NCBI RefSeq assembly: GCF_001194135.2
Contig: NC_068981.1
Location: 159,677,188 to 159,741,187 of the forward strand
DNA: 64,000 nt
Source of the DNA: Octopus bimaculoides
Taxonomy: Eukaryota
Direction of reading: 5' to 3'
How positions within the stretch are numbered: the stretch's first letter is position 1; every line of letters starts with the position of its first letter. This document shows, piece after piece, positions 1 through 11,559 of the stretch. Both the position numbers and the translations under genes were made by a program. The notes beneath the pieces are model-generated. The model searched no databases. It was not told where the DNA came from and worked only from the letters and a program-made list of their open reading frames with translations.

Positions 1-69
1 ACATAATTACCAGTCTTGCGCCAAAATTAGAAATAATTATACTTGATATGATAAGAGTTGCGTTTTGGG

Positions 70-504
70 GTAACCTTCCAGTATAGGGAGGTAAAAAAAG
101 TAAATAAAAATACAAGGGAAATAACTTACATCTTACTAGCATCATCCGTACTACTCTGATTGAAGTTAACTGTTTATATATATATAAATCAGACACGTGA
201 TTGAATATCATAGTTTCTTTCGTTTTTAATTGACGAGTGAGGATTTCGTTTTGAGGAACAATAAGTTGTTGTGCAGCCGGTCTTCCACGAGACATTTTCG
301 ATCTCTCATAAGAAACTATGATATTCAATCACATGTGTGATTTATATATAAACAGTTAACTTCAATCACGTGTGTGAATTATTTATAAACAGCTAAAAAA
401 AAAAACACACATTTCAGAGTAGTACGGATGATACTAGTAAGACGTAAGTTATTTCCCTTGTTTTTTTATTTACTTTTTTTTACCACCCTATACTGGAAGA
501 TTAC
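70..504. mobile_element. Foldback / MITE-like element with long terminal inverted arms
   Basis: Arm 70-219 (GTAACCTTCCAGTATAGGG...CATAGTTTCTT) is the reverse complement of 310-504 (AAGAAACTATG...CCCTATACTGGAAGATTAC), apart from a ~45 nt insert in the right arm. Confidence 0.75.
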
Positions 505-770
505 GGCGTAATTGGTTCGTACACCTTCAGCCAAAGAAGTCCAGACAATTCGTAACTTCTACAATTAGAGTAAAGGTAATATTTCGCCGATAGACTTAAA
601 AAAATTTTTTAAAGGCGAAAGCACGTCCGCAATGATCTTGCATAGTTATAAGGAGGGGGAATCAAGATATTATACATTATTGACGAATATTGTTGGGTTT
701 TTTTTTTTCTGCCGCATATTTATTTCCAATTAACTCTTTCATGCTTCCTCTAATTATTGGCATAATTAAG

Positions 771-988
771 AATATTTTGGCACATGGCCAGCAATTTCGG
801 TGGAGAAATAAGTCGTTTACATCGATCTCAGTGCTCAACTGGTACTTATTTAATCGCTCTGAAAGGATGAAAAGCAAAGCCGACCTCGGTGGAATTTGAA
901 CTCAGAACGTGAAGGCGGACAAAATATCGCCAGGCATTTTACCATTTTACCCAGCGTGCTAAAGATTCTGCAAGCTCGCTTCCGTCTT
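771..988 (-). mobile_element. SINE family B copy (GATCGACCCC...GGCAAAGTCGACCTCGGCGGAATTTGAACTC type)
   Basis: Clear similarity to the copies at 4386-5031, 5461-5907, 23030-23240 and 59920-60080. Confidence 0.8.
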
Positions 989-1293
989 CTAATTAAATCT
1001 GAGATAGAGAAATTGCTCATGGAGTTACTTCCCTTGGACCAGACGGAAAATTTGTGTTAATTACGGAAATTGATTGAATAATAATAATTTTTTTATGACT
1101 TACAAATTCATTATTAATACGTTCCACCAGATTTGAACGTGAATATATCAATCGCTGTTGTATTTTGTCATTGGAGAACAACTTTTTTCAGGCGAATGTA
1201 TATTCATGACACACTCGATTCATTAGCATATGGTATAGCTGGAGGTAGCCTCCAGTTTTAACCCAGATAAAATATTATTTACTATGCCGTATT

Positions 1294-1393
1294 CTCAAGG
1301 CTTACGAACCGCTAGCTTACAGGGACGTAAACACACCAACATCGGTTGTCAAGCGAGGGTGGTGAGGACAAACACAGATACAAAAACACTCAC

Positions 1394-1453
<60 letters not shown>

Positions 1454-1498
1454 GACAAGCTTCTTTCAGTTTCCGTCTACCAAATCCACTCACAAGGT
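1294..1498 (-). mobile_element. SINE family A partial copy with internal (TA)n
   Basis: Shares GGGACGTAAACACACC...TTCTTTCAGTTTCCGTCTACCAAATCCACTCACAAGG with the copy at 33236-33630. Confidence 0.8.
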
Positions 1499-1828
1499 TT
1501 CATATATATATCATAATGGTACTATTATTGTGATATTACTTTTGTATTTGTTTTTGTTGTCACTACAACAAGATGTGTCGCCCGGAATCTGATAAAGAGA
1601 TTGGTGGAGAGTAATAGGCATGGTATATATGAGGAAACTCAATTAAATCCGCTTGACGAAGCACCCACACAGAGCTGTTGCTGAAAAATATTTAATTATA
1701 TAGTAATTCTAAAGAACACACTTATGTAATGATATATATAGATGTAAAGTCAGCAACTTATAAACTCAATAAATGTAGTGTTTGCTGTTAAAGCTTGCTG
1801 TTTTCCATTTTTGTATCATATTATTCTT

Positions 1829-2269
1829 GTATGTATGTATGTATGTATGTATGTATGTATGTATGTATGTATGTATGTATGTGTGTGTGTATGTGTGTAT
1901 GTATGTATGTGTGTATGTATGTATGTATGTATGTATGTATTGTATGTATGTATGTATGTATGTATGTATGTATGTATGGGAGAAATAAGGATAAACGCAG
2001 GTTTTTATTATAGTCCTTATGCGCATTTCCTCATTATGGTTGTTTAGAGAATAGGTGATGCGAAACCAATGAAATAGGTGACGCGAAACCAATGGTAACT
2101 CTCTGATGCGTGCGAGTGTGTGTCAGTTCCCGTTTTCTATTTTTATTTGTGTATGAGGCTATCAGGTGTGTGTGTAAGAGCGTGTGTGATGAAGCTGTAG
2201 TGTGCGTATGTACTGTGTGTACTTGTGCGTGTGTAAATGTGTCTATGCACGCGTGTGTGCATGTGTATT

Positions 2270-2336
<67 letters not shown>
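1829..2336. repeat. Microsatellite cluster: (TATG)n 1829-1977 and (TG)n ~2273-2336
   Basis: Direct inspection. Confidence 0.95.
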
Positions 2337-2343
<7 letters not shown>

Positions 2344-2435
2344 CGCTGCTTGAAGTGTTAGATAATGAGCTAAACTGTGTAACGTAGGTATGTAGATAAG
2401 TTTGAGGTGAGTGCTGTGTGTGTGTTCGAAGGAAT

Positions 2436-4190
2436 GGTTTAGATGAACCGAGGTAGAGAATTTAGACTGTAAGGCTCTAAAGTATGGAGAGAGAAAATTA
2501 ATTCCTTCACCAGACGGAAACGGGAGTCCTAGTGGCTTCTGTGCAAGGCCAGTCCGAACAGAAACAAATGTTGCGGGAATAACCAGTCGAACGAAAATGA
2601 ATGGAGACTGTGGTGTCGTTACTGAACCTGGTGTCCTGCAATTTGTTAAATGTAAGGAGAGTGGTAAAGACAGCAGTGGACGCAGTAAGTCAGACTACTG
2701 GAGGTGCAAGTGGCGGAGCCGGTGACGTGGAAGGAGCGGTTGTGGGTATCAGGGTGTTTGAGTGGAAGAGAGAGATGCGGCAGCGCAGTGAGAAAAAATA
2801 AAGGAGTCAAATTGAGTGCCGAGTTTGGAGAAACAGCTACGGACCACTCGGTCAAATAAGTTGTGGCGCGTTTGGAAGAAAGAGATGGGTTGGGGAAGTG
2901 GAGAGTTCGGATAGGAGTCGACGCAAAGCGCGTAAAATGATACGTTGGAGGGGTAATGTGGAGGGATGGTAGGTTAAGGGAAAGGAGAGGCGGGTGTGGG
3001 TAGAGGGGCAGGGGGAGAGGGGCNNNNNNNNNNNNNNNNNNNNNNNNNNNNNNNNNNNNNNNNNNNNNNNNNNNNNNNNNNNNNNNNNNNNNNNNNNNNN
3101 NNNNNNNNNNNNNNNNNNNNNNNNNNNNNNNNNNNNNNNNNNNNNNNNNNNNNNNNNNNNNNNNNNNNNNNNNNNNNNNNNNNNNNNNNNNNNNNNNNNN
3201 NNNNNNNNNNNNNNNNNNNNNNNNNNNNNNNNNGAGGGGAGAGGGCTTATGCATGGTCAAGAGATTCAGCATGGACAAGGGCAACTTAGATAAGAGTAGG
3301 AGTTATTACCTTTGGGTGAAGTGCGAACCATGAGTTGGAACTGTGTCTCGAAGTCATGATTGTCACTACAGAGCCGACTGAGACGGAAGAACTGAGAGTA
3401 AGGGGTGGACAGTTTAATGTGGTTAGGGTGGGTGGAGAAGAAGTTGAGGTAGGAGTGGAAGCCTGTAAGCTTGTAGTGAGTGAAGGAGGAGAGAGAGGAG
3501 TGGTTGATGGCAATGGAAATGTGGAAATTAACAGAGGTGTTGGATACAGCAGGAGAATTCAAAGGTGGGGTGAAAGGATTGCGTGAAAGAGAAGGAGTTG
3601 AGCTGTTCGCGGGAGTGGAGTCGTGCTGATACAGTCGTCAATGTACTGTCCGTATAGCCCAGTAGTAGGATTAGTAAATTATGAGAATATCCGAGTTTCA
3701 ACATGGCCAACGAAAAGGTCCGCGTAGTTGGGACCCATTCTCGTTCCTATTGTCACTCCCGAGAGTTGCTAAAACTCCCCTGCAAGCAAAAAATAATTCA
3801 AAGCGAGAACAAGTTCGGCCAAACTGAGAAGAATAAGCTGCTAGGCTGGGGGTCGGGAAGTAAGTCAAGGAGATGCTTGAGTGTGAGGAGGCACTCAATA
3901 ATGAAGGATAAGAGTGTAAGGAAACTTGATGTTGAGGTTGAACAAGAACTGAGAAGGTCCAATAAGAACGAAAAGGAATTCAAGAAACGAAGAGAGTGGT
4001 TGATGTGAGTGTGTGAGTGGAGAGAAGCCACTAAGAGTGCGAGGACGAGGTCCAGATATTGGGAGATTAATTCCGTACAGCAATTGTAGGCAGAACCAAT
4101 GGGGTTAGTTGAGATAGTTGAGTTTATGAATCTTGGAAAGGTGGGGTTGCGTGTGGTCCGGACAATGAGGTTGGAGGCGGTGTGAGGTAG
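2436..4190 (-). mobile_element. Degenerate Penelope-like retroelement (RT + GIY-YIG endonuclease), with stops, frameshifts and an N gap
   Basis: Minus-strand motifs in order: SKIHKLN, CTELISQYLD, GVTIGTRMGPNYADLFVGHVE, YGQYIDDC (YIDD at 3634-3645), HSYLNFFSTHP..KLSTPYSQFFRLSRLCSD, TCTSSSLTYCVHC..YI*, and ELIFSLHTLEPYSLN. Confidence 0.88.
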
Positions 4191-4385
4191 GAGGGAAAAG
4201 GAAATAAGTTCGTGGATTGTATGTATGTATGTATGTATGTATATATGTATGTATGTGTGTATGTATACATGTGTGTGCATGTATGTATACTCCTGTACAC
4301 ACACACACACAAACACTCAAAGGGAAGAAGTAGAACATCATTAAACTTATAGCTAGAGAAATAACTTTATTGCAGCAAACTAATC

Positions 4386-5031
4386 TTTTCTGCTCTAGGC
4401 ACAAGGCCCGAAACTTTTGGGAGAGGGGGCCAGTCGATTAGATCGACTCCAGTACGAAACTGGTACTTAATTTACCGACTCCAAAAGGATGAAAGGCAAA
4501 GTCGACCTCGGTCGGATTTGAACTCGGAACGTAAAAACAGACGAAATACCGATAAGTATTTCGCCCGGCGTGCTGACGTTTCTGCCAGCTCACCACCTTT
4601 TCCCACCAAATATAATTTTCTACTCTAGCACAAAGCTAGAGGGCCAGTTGATTAGATAGACTCCAGTACGCAACTGGTACTTAATTTATCGACCCCGAAA
4701 AGATAAAAGGCAAAGTCGACCTCGGCGGAATTTGAACTCAGAACATAAAGACAGATAAAACTGGTAAGCATTTCGCCCGGCGTGCTTACGTTTCTTATTT
4801 CTTTATTGCCCACAAGGGGCTAAACATAGAGAGGACAAACAAGGACAGGCAAAGGGATTAAGTTGATCACATCGAACCCAGTGCGTAACTGTACTTAATT
4901 TATCGACCCCGAAAGGATAAAAGGCAAAGTCGACCTCGGCGGAATTTGAACTCAGAACGTAGCAGCAGACGAAATACCGCTAAGCATTTCGCCCGCCCGG
5001 TGTGCTAACGTTTCTGCCAGCTCGCCGCCTT
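4386..5031 (-). mobile_element. Three tandem SINE family B copies
   Basis: The core GACCCCGAAAGGATRAAAGGCAAAGTCGACCTCGGCGGAATTTGAACTC occurs three times in the same orientation (~4470, ~4690, ~4905). Confidence 0.88.
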
Positions 5032-5174
5032 CTTGCAACAAACTGATAAAAATATTGTGACACGCTTGTTAATATTTTTGCAGAAGGAACCGAATAGGTA
5101 AATTAAATGATAGTTTATAATGTTTATTTTATGAGCTATTTTACCAACAGTAGTGTTGGCATTCGTTAACTCTG

Positions 5175-6398
5175 TTGGCATTCATTAGGATGTCGCATTT
5201 TAAAGAGCTTAGAGTGTGCTATCGATTAGTAGATAATATATCCTACCACGAAACATGCATTTGCTTTCGCACCCCAGCTACTCTATTTTGGGAATCTTTT
5301 TATACTAGTCGTGAATGTTCGATTTCACAATCACCAGCGATCTCTCCTGGCGAAAATACATCCTTGACGTAGCTACGACCACATCCTGGAAGACTAGGCC
5401 TTCTCTTCAAATCTAAAAAATACTTCAACGCGCAACAGTTGTTAATATTCTACAAAGCTTACGGCGGCAAGCTGGCAGAATCGTCAGGACGACGGGCAAA
5501 ATGCTTAGTGACATTTCGTCCGTCTTTATGTTCTGAGTTCAAATTCCATCGAGTTTGACTTTGTCTTTCATCCTTTCGAGGTCAATAAACCAAGTACCTG
5601 TCGAGCACTGGGGTCAATGTATTCGACTTACCTCTCCTTCAAAATTGCTGGCCATGTGACAAAATTTGAAACCAATATTAACTGGGTTTAGGCGGTAAAG
5701 TGACAGAATTGTTAGCACGCCGAGCAAAATGCTCAACGGCATTTCGTCCGTCTTTACATTTTGAGTTCAGATTCCGCCGAGGTCGACTTTGTCTTTCATC
5801 TTCTCAGAGTCGATAAAATAAGTACTAGTTGAGTACTGGGATCGATGTAATAGACTTACGCGCTTCCCCAAAATTTCTGGCCTTGTGCGAAAATTAGAAA
5901 CCAATATTCTATACAGCTTAAGTGAAGCCCACAAGGAATATTTTGTTCATTTTCTTTCACATCTGGGATAGTGTTGCAGCAGCTGCACAAGTGGGCCGCA
6001 TCCAGAGAGAAGTCACTCGACCGATTAGCATAAAGTCACGCGCTGAAAGACTCCACTCTCCGGTCACAAAGTACTGTTTCTGCATTCTCTACCTTTTTCT
6101 ATCGTTACTATAACGGTTTGTTTTTCGAAGTTAGTTGATCTTGTACCCTCTCCACTCATGTACTCTCGTTCCACTTATCTCTTCTCCTTAAATCCCCATT
6201 GTCTGAGTCCACCCCCACTTCAACCTTAGGTTCCACACTAACCAACAAGCCCAGTCTTCCCTTCGAAGGGATGTCGACATACCACAATATAAGCGAATAT
6301 CTCACTGGTTTCAGACGGTCAGCAAAAGGACTTGGACACTGCTCCCTTCTCCAGACTCAGCCGGCGCCATAAATAAATAAATAAATAAATAAATAAAA
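5175..6398 (+). mobile_element. CR1/L2-group LINE 3' fragment (ORF2 C-terminus + (TAAA)n tail), interrupted by SINEs
   Basis: Translates in pieces as RLGLLFKSKKYFNAQQLLIFYKA / HIWDSVAAAAQVGRIQR / FFYRYYNGL, the typical post-RT region of CR1/L2-group ORF2. Ends in (TAAA)n at ~6370-6398. Confidence 0.72.
5461..5907 (+). mobile_element. Two tandem SINE family B copies nested in the LINE, flanked by a 17-bp near-duplicate
   Basis: Copies at ~5463-5680 and ~5690-5905; flanks AATATTCTACAAAGCTT (5444-5460) and AATATTCTATACAGCTT (5903-5919). Confidence 0.85.
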
Positions 6399-7719
6399 TT
6401 ACCAGATTTTGAAATGTTTTTTACTTCTTTAGCTTGTAGCATGAACTGATATAAGGGAGATAACATAGTAACAAGTCTTTTATAGTTTGTTAACCAGTTA
6501 AGTGGCGAGCTGGCGAAACCGTCAGATCGCCAGACGAAAATACCTCGTAGTATTTCTTCCGGCTCGCTACGTTCGAAGTTGAAATGCCTTTCACTCTTCC
6601 AGGGTCAATAAAATAATGTAAGTTAAGTGCTGGAATTCATTTAATTTACGCTTTCCTCCTAAAATTATTGCCCTTAAGTCTAAATCGGAAACATCTATGA
6701 ATCCAACTGTTAACAATAATAAAATTATGAAAAAATATTTATAGCAGTATTTTAACACCAGCTCATTCGTTTAATTAATACTCACTTGATTTAAATTATG
6801 CATTAAAATTTTTAATTTCAGGGCAAATTTCCTTCCATTGTTTTTCATTGTTTCGGTAGTTTTGTTCAAGGGAGATAACAAGTAATTAACTCCCTTCACA
6901 AATATTTTTTTAACAATTAAAAATAGAAATGATTCTTAAAAATTGGTTAATTTGGTAAATCACTCTTTAAGCACTTTTTGAACACAGTAAGCGAAACAAG
7001 AAAATCTCTGTGTCACTTTTAAGATTATAAGCTGAAATAAAAATAATTGCAATTTCTGTTATTTTAAGTCTTCATGTATGTTTTGTATTAACACGTTCAC
7101 TTTTCTTCCTGCATGAATAAACTTCATTGATTTTGAGGGGACGAAAGATTGGGGGAAACAGTTGAGTGCTTGATTACATATCTAAAAACATTAATGCTTC
7201 TCTCTATATAGTTTTTCTATATTGGAAGGGTCATTATACCAATATGAAAAACAAGCAAAATTACTCTTCCAAGATACATCTGTTTCGACACGATTTCACA
7301 TCAAGAATCTTGCTAACCAAATACAAAATGAAATTTCTCTACTTTCTAATTTCATAGCCCCTCTTTACCACGTTCATAAAATAATAACAGCATTTGTAAT
7401 TCCATCGGAATATATGTGTGTGTGTAACATAGTAATTTAAAATGAGATTTCTTTCACTTCAAAGTAAGAAAAGTACAAAAAGATCATTAACTCTCCGCAA
7501 ACACAACAAAATTATATCATATACAGGGGAAATAACTCTTTCAACTACAAGTGATTGAAAAAGTGGGGGGTTTTCTACATGTGTAAAATTATCTTAAAGT
7601 GCTTTCTTCTTTATCCATAGATTTTTCATAAAAATTTATCTGAATACCTAAAATTAGATGTAAATTCACAAATACGAGATATATTTTGCAAGAATATAAA
7701 ATTTGCTATTAATTGTATA

Positions 7720-8078
7720 TTGCAGCACTCTGGTTATGACAAGGGTTCCAGTTGATCCGATCAACGGAACAGACTGCTCGTGAAACTAACGTACAAGTGG
7801 CTGAGCACTCCAGAGACACGTGTACCCTCAATATAATTCTTAGGGAGATTCACAATGTGTGACAAAGCTGGCTCTTTGAAATACAGGTACAACAGAAACA
7901 GGAAGAAAGAGAGAAAGTTGTGGTGAAAGAGTACAGCAGGGTTCGCCACCTGCTGGAGCCTCGTGGAGCTTTAGGTGTTTTCGTTCAGTAAACACTCACA
8001 ACGCCGGATCTGGGAATCGAAACCGCGATCTTACGACCATGAGTCTGCTGCCCTTATCACTGGGCCACTGTGCCTCCA
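7720..8078 (-). mobile_element. tRNA-derived SINE (family E)
   Basis: Minus-strand head GGAGGCACAGTGGCCCAGTGA...GGTTTCGATTCC with A/B-box-like motifs; 3' part is shared with 8120-8270. Confidence 0.7.
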
Positions 8079-8104
8079 CCTTCTCTCCTAATAGGAGCAC
8101 TCCT

Positions 8105-8405
8105 AATAGGAGGATCCCAACTGATATGATCAACGGAACAGCTTGCTCATGAAATTAACATGCAATTTGCTGAGCACTCAACAGACACGTGTACCCTTAA
8201 CGTAGTTCTCAGGGAGATTCGGCGTGACACAGTGTGACAAGGCTGGCCCTTTGAAATACAGGTACTACTCATTTTTGAGCGTATTGAGCGTATTGGAGCA
8301 ACGTGAAATAAAGTGTCTTGCTCAAGGATACAACGTGTCACTGGGAATTGAACTCACATTACAATCATGCACGGAATGCCCTAACCACTAAGCCACATAC
8401 CTTCA
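8105..8405 (-). mobile_element. tRNA-derived SINE (family C) with central GTATCCTTGAGCAAGACAC motif
   Basis: Minus-strand head GTGGCTTAGTGG...GAGTTCAATTCC, then CCTTGAGCAAGACACT; tail shared with family E. Confidence 0.7.
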
Positions 8406-8682
8406 CTAATTGTATATCTATATATATATATATGTAGTGAATCTTGCAAGCACGAAACGGATTCATTCCACCATAGCCAAATTTAAATTAACACTTCAAC
8501 AGAACTTTTCCCGCAGTGGAACAATGGTTTTTCTCTGACAGCAGTGTTACATTTGCCAGATTGTCTTTAGCTAGGCCGAACTAATGTCTTCACCACTTGA
8601 CCCTTATAACTTCTACTTCACCAAAAGCTAGAATAGAGATATCACAGTACCACCAACGAAGCCCATTGTTCTCAACGATATG

Positions 8683-8810
8683 TCTTCTTTCAGTTTCCAT
8701 CTGCCAAATCCACTCACAAGGCTTTGGTCGGCCTGAGACTGTAGTAGAAGGCATTCGCCCAAGGTATCACACAGTGGGACTGAACCCAGGACCATGTAGT
8801 TGGAAAGCAA
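8683..8810 (-). mobile_element. SINE family A 5' part, cut off at 8810
   Basis: TTCTTTCAGTTTCC...AAGGCTTTGGTCGGCCTGAG...GGGACTGAACCCAGGACCATGT..TTGGAAAGCAAG; the expected continuation CTTCTTACCAC is absent. Confidence 0.8.
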
Positions 8811-10065
8811 GTTTCTTTATTTCATTCAATTGGCCATAAAGGCCTTACAAAGAGGTATAGAAGCAATGCGGGCTGGACATATACATTAATGGGATGAGAA
8901 TGATATAAATGAGAGGGGTATATGGCGCCTGCCGACCGCAAACCCCTCAAAATCACTGTTCTTTTAAAATACAATTAAAGTTCAATTAAAATTCAATTAC
9001 ATACAATCAAATCAATACAAGTCAAAAATAATCAAAAATCACATGATTTAACAATCAATGAATAGGCGCATTAAGCCTCTTGAACTTCCTCCCCGAGCAA
9101 CTTTTTTGCAGCCCGCTGCGACAAATCGGGGTCTATTTTAAGGAATTGAAAGTTTTTCCTTCCAAAGGAGGCCATTACATTGACCAATTCTCTGCATTGC
9201 TCAGAGCCTCTGCATACACTTGTGGAGGCCACTCCGGGTAGTCCATGCACCCGGACTCAAACNNNNNNNNNNNNNNNNNNNNNNNNNNNNNNNNNNNNNN
9301 NNNNNNNNNNNNNNNNNNNNNNNNNNNNNNNNNNNNNNNNNNNNNNNNNNNNNNNNNNNNNNNNNNNNNNNNNNNNNNNNNNNNNNNNNNNNNNNNNNNN
9401 NNNNNNNNNNNNNNNNNNNNNNNNNNNNNNNNNNNNNNNNNNNNNNNNNNNNNNNNNNNNNNNNNNNNNNNNNNNNNNNNNNNNNNNNNNNNNNNNNNNN
9501 NNNNNNNNNNNNNNNNNNNNNNNNNNNNNNNNNNNNNNNNNNNNNNNNNNNNNNNNNNNNNNNNNNNNNNNNNNNNNNNNNNNNNNNNNNNNNNNNNNNN
9601 NNNNNNNNNNNNNNNNNNNNNNNNNNNNNNNNNNNNNNNNNNNNNNNNNNNNNNNNNNNNNNNNNNNNNNNNNNNNNNNNNNNNNNNNNNNNNNNNNNNN
9701 NNNNNNNNNNNNNNNNNNNNNNNNNNNNNNNNNNNNNNNNNNNNNNNNNNNNNNNNNNNNNNNNNNNNNNNNNNNNNNNNNNNNNNNNNNNNNNNNNNNN
9801 NNGCACTTTTCCTTTTTCCTGCTCCAGGGCTTTCCCACGGCCCTGAGGGCAGTTCTTCCTGATAAAGCCAGGCTCCAGGCATAGGTGACACTTCAAGAAA
9901 TCGGGAAAACACATGTCCTTTGCAGCCACAAGGGTCCATAGGGTCAAAACTGCCCTAGCACCCACCCAGTTGACCGCAGGTGTCATGTGCACATTTAAGA
10001 GCCTGGGTCCGCTGTCCCCCAAGCCCCGCCAGATGGCATCAGCAATCCACCCAGCTTCAGACCTC
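8811..10065 (-). mobile_element. Tx1/L1-like non-LTR element remnant (ORF1 zinc knuckle and 3' end), spanning an N gap
   Basis: Minus frame CHLCLEPGFIRKNCP (9849-9890) is a CX2CX4[H>F]X4C knuckle. The minus-strand 3' end is T-rich and finishes ...GGCCAATTGAATGAAATAAAGAAA at 8811. Clade call is inference. Confidence 0.55.
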
Positions 10066-10965
10066 AGGGGCCTAGAAGACAAGCCTCATCCTGGAATATC
10101 TGTAGAGCTCGACAAGGATGTCCTGCAAACCCTGGTGGAACAAACTCACATCATAACTGTTGGGGAACTAACTGAGAAACTTGGATTTGGTTGTTCAATG
10201 ACACATGCATGCCATTGGAAAAGTCAGCAAAGCTTTCCAAGTCTAACCGCATGCAGAGAGTGAATGTGTGCTCTTCTTTGCTGCCACATCTCACGAATGA
10301 ACCTTTTTTGGACTGAATAGTGACTGCTGGCGAGAAATGGGTTCTCTATAAAAATGTCAAGTGATGAAGACAGTTGGTAGAGAAAGGAGAAACACAAGCA
10401 CCCCAGGCTAAAGAAGGTCTTCACCCACATAAGGTGTTGTTATCTGTTTGGTGGGATATGAAAGGTTTAGTCCACTTTGAACTTTTAAACCCAAACCAAA
10501 CGATAACAAAGGAAATCTACTGTGAGCAGTTCTAATGGCTTAAGTCATCACTAGAAGAAAAATGACCATCTTCGGTTTCAAGACAAAAGGTGTCCTTCTA
10601 TCAGGATAATGCTTGGCCAGATACAGCGAGGATGACATTCCAAAAGCTAAAGCAGTCTGAACAGGAAACAATGCCCCACCCACCATATTCACCAGACATT
10701 TCCCCTTCTGATTATTATTTATTCCACAGTCTTCAAAATCATTAGAATGGAAAAATTATGAATTCTATAGACGAGGTCAGAACAGTATTGGATGAGTATT
10801 TTTCATCACAGACAAGTGAATTTTGGAAGAGGGGCCTTGCAAGTCTACCAGATAGATGGAAGAGCAATGTACAAAATGAAGGAAAGTATATTTTAGATTA
10901 AAAAAGAACTTTATTTTAATTTTGAAAAATAAAAGTATAAAAAAATGCATTATTTATGGTATGAC

Positions 10966-10971
<6 letters not shown>
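10066..10971 (+). mobile_element. 5'-truncated, inactivated mariner (DD34D) transposon
   Basis: VTAGEKWVLY (decayed VTGDEKW), GLHPHKVLLSVWWD, YQDNAWP (decayed HxDNARP), HPPYSPDISPSDYYLF (10681-10720), SLPDRW, EGKYILD*. Right terminus TTATTTATGGTATGACCCAATA is followed by TA repeats. Confidence 0.93.
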
Positions 10972-11029
<58 letters not shown>

Positions 11030-11034
11030 TACTG

Positions 11035-11458
11035 ATTCCAAATTTTGGCACACTGCCAGCAAGTTTGGGGAGGGGTTAAGTTGATTACATTGACCTTAGT
11101 GTTCAACTAGTACTTATTTTATTGATCCCAAAAGGGATGAAAAGCAAAGTTGACTTTGATAGCATTTGAGCCCAGAACAAACAGATGGATGAAATGTCAC
11201 TAACCATTTGCCCAGTGGGCTAATGTTTCAACCAGCTTACCGCATTCCTCATATATATACATTTGTTTCAAATTTTGGCACAAGGCCAGCAATTTCAGGG
11301 AAGGGAATTACATTGACTCCAGTGCTCAACTGGTAGTTATTCTATTGACCCCAAAAGAATGAAGGCAAAGTCAACCTCAGTGGAATTTGAACTCAGGACG
11401 TCATGCTGCAAAGCATTTTGCCTAGCATGGTAACAATTCTACCAGCTCGCTGCCTTCC
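11035..11458 (-). mobile_element. Two tandem, CpG-decayed SINE family B copies
   Basis: Same layout as 4386-5031 but with TTGAC/CAAAAG/TCAAC in place of TCGAC/CGAAAG/TCGAC. Confidence 0.75.
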
Positions 11459-11559
11459 TCACATATATATTGGCAACAAGAAGGTACATCCAGCTATAGA
11501 AACTCTGCCTTAAAAAACTCCATCGAATTCATGCAAGGGAAAGTGGACATTAAAATGAT

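Noticed and set aside
1284-2387. ORFs rich in YI/HT/CV/MY repeats, here and throughout the window
   Set aside because: These are translations of (TA)n, (TG)n and (TATG)n microsatellites.
9175-10082. Long ORFs of 190-320 aa here and at 2646-3293, 56192-56963 and 58039-59021
   Set aside because: Their length comes from N runs and microsatellites. The only real coding signal belongs to TE remnants already listed.
10066-10900. Active or domesticated (SETMAR-like) mariner transposase
   Set aside because: It is 5'-truncated with multiple stops and frameshifts, and the first catalytic Asp is mutated (DEKW>GEKW).
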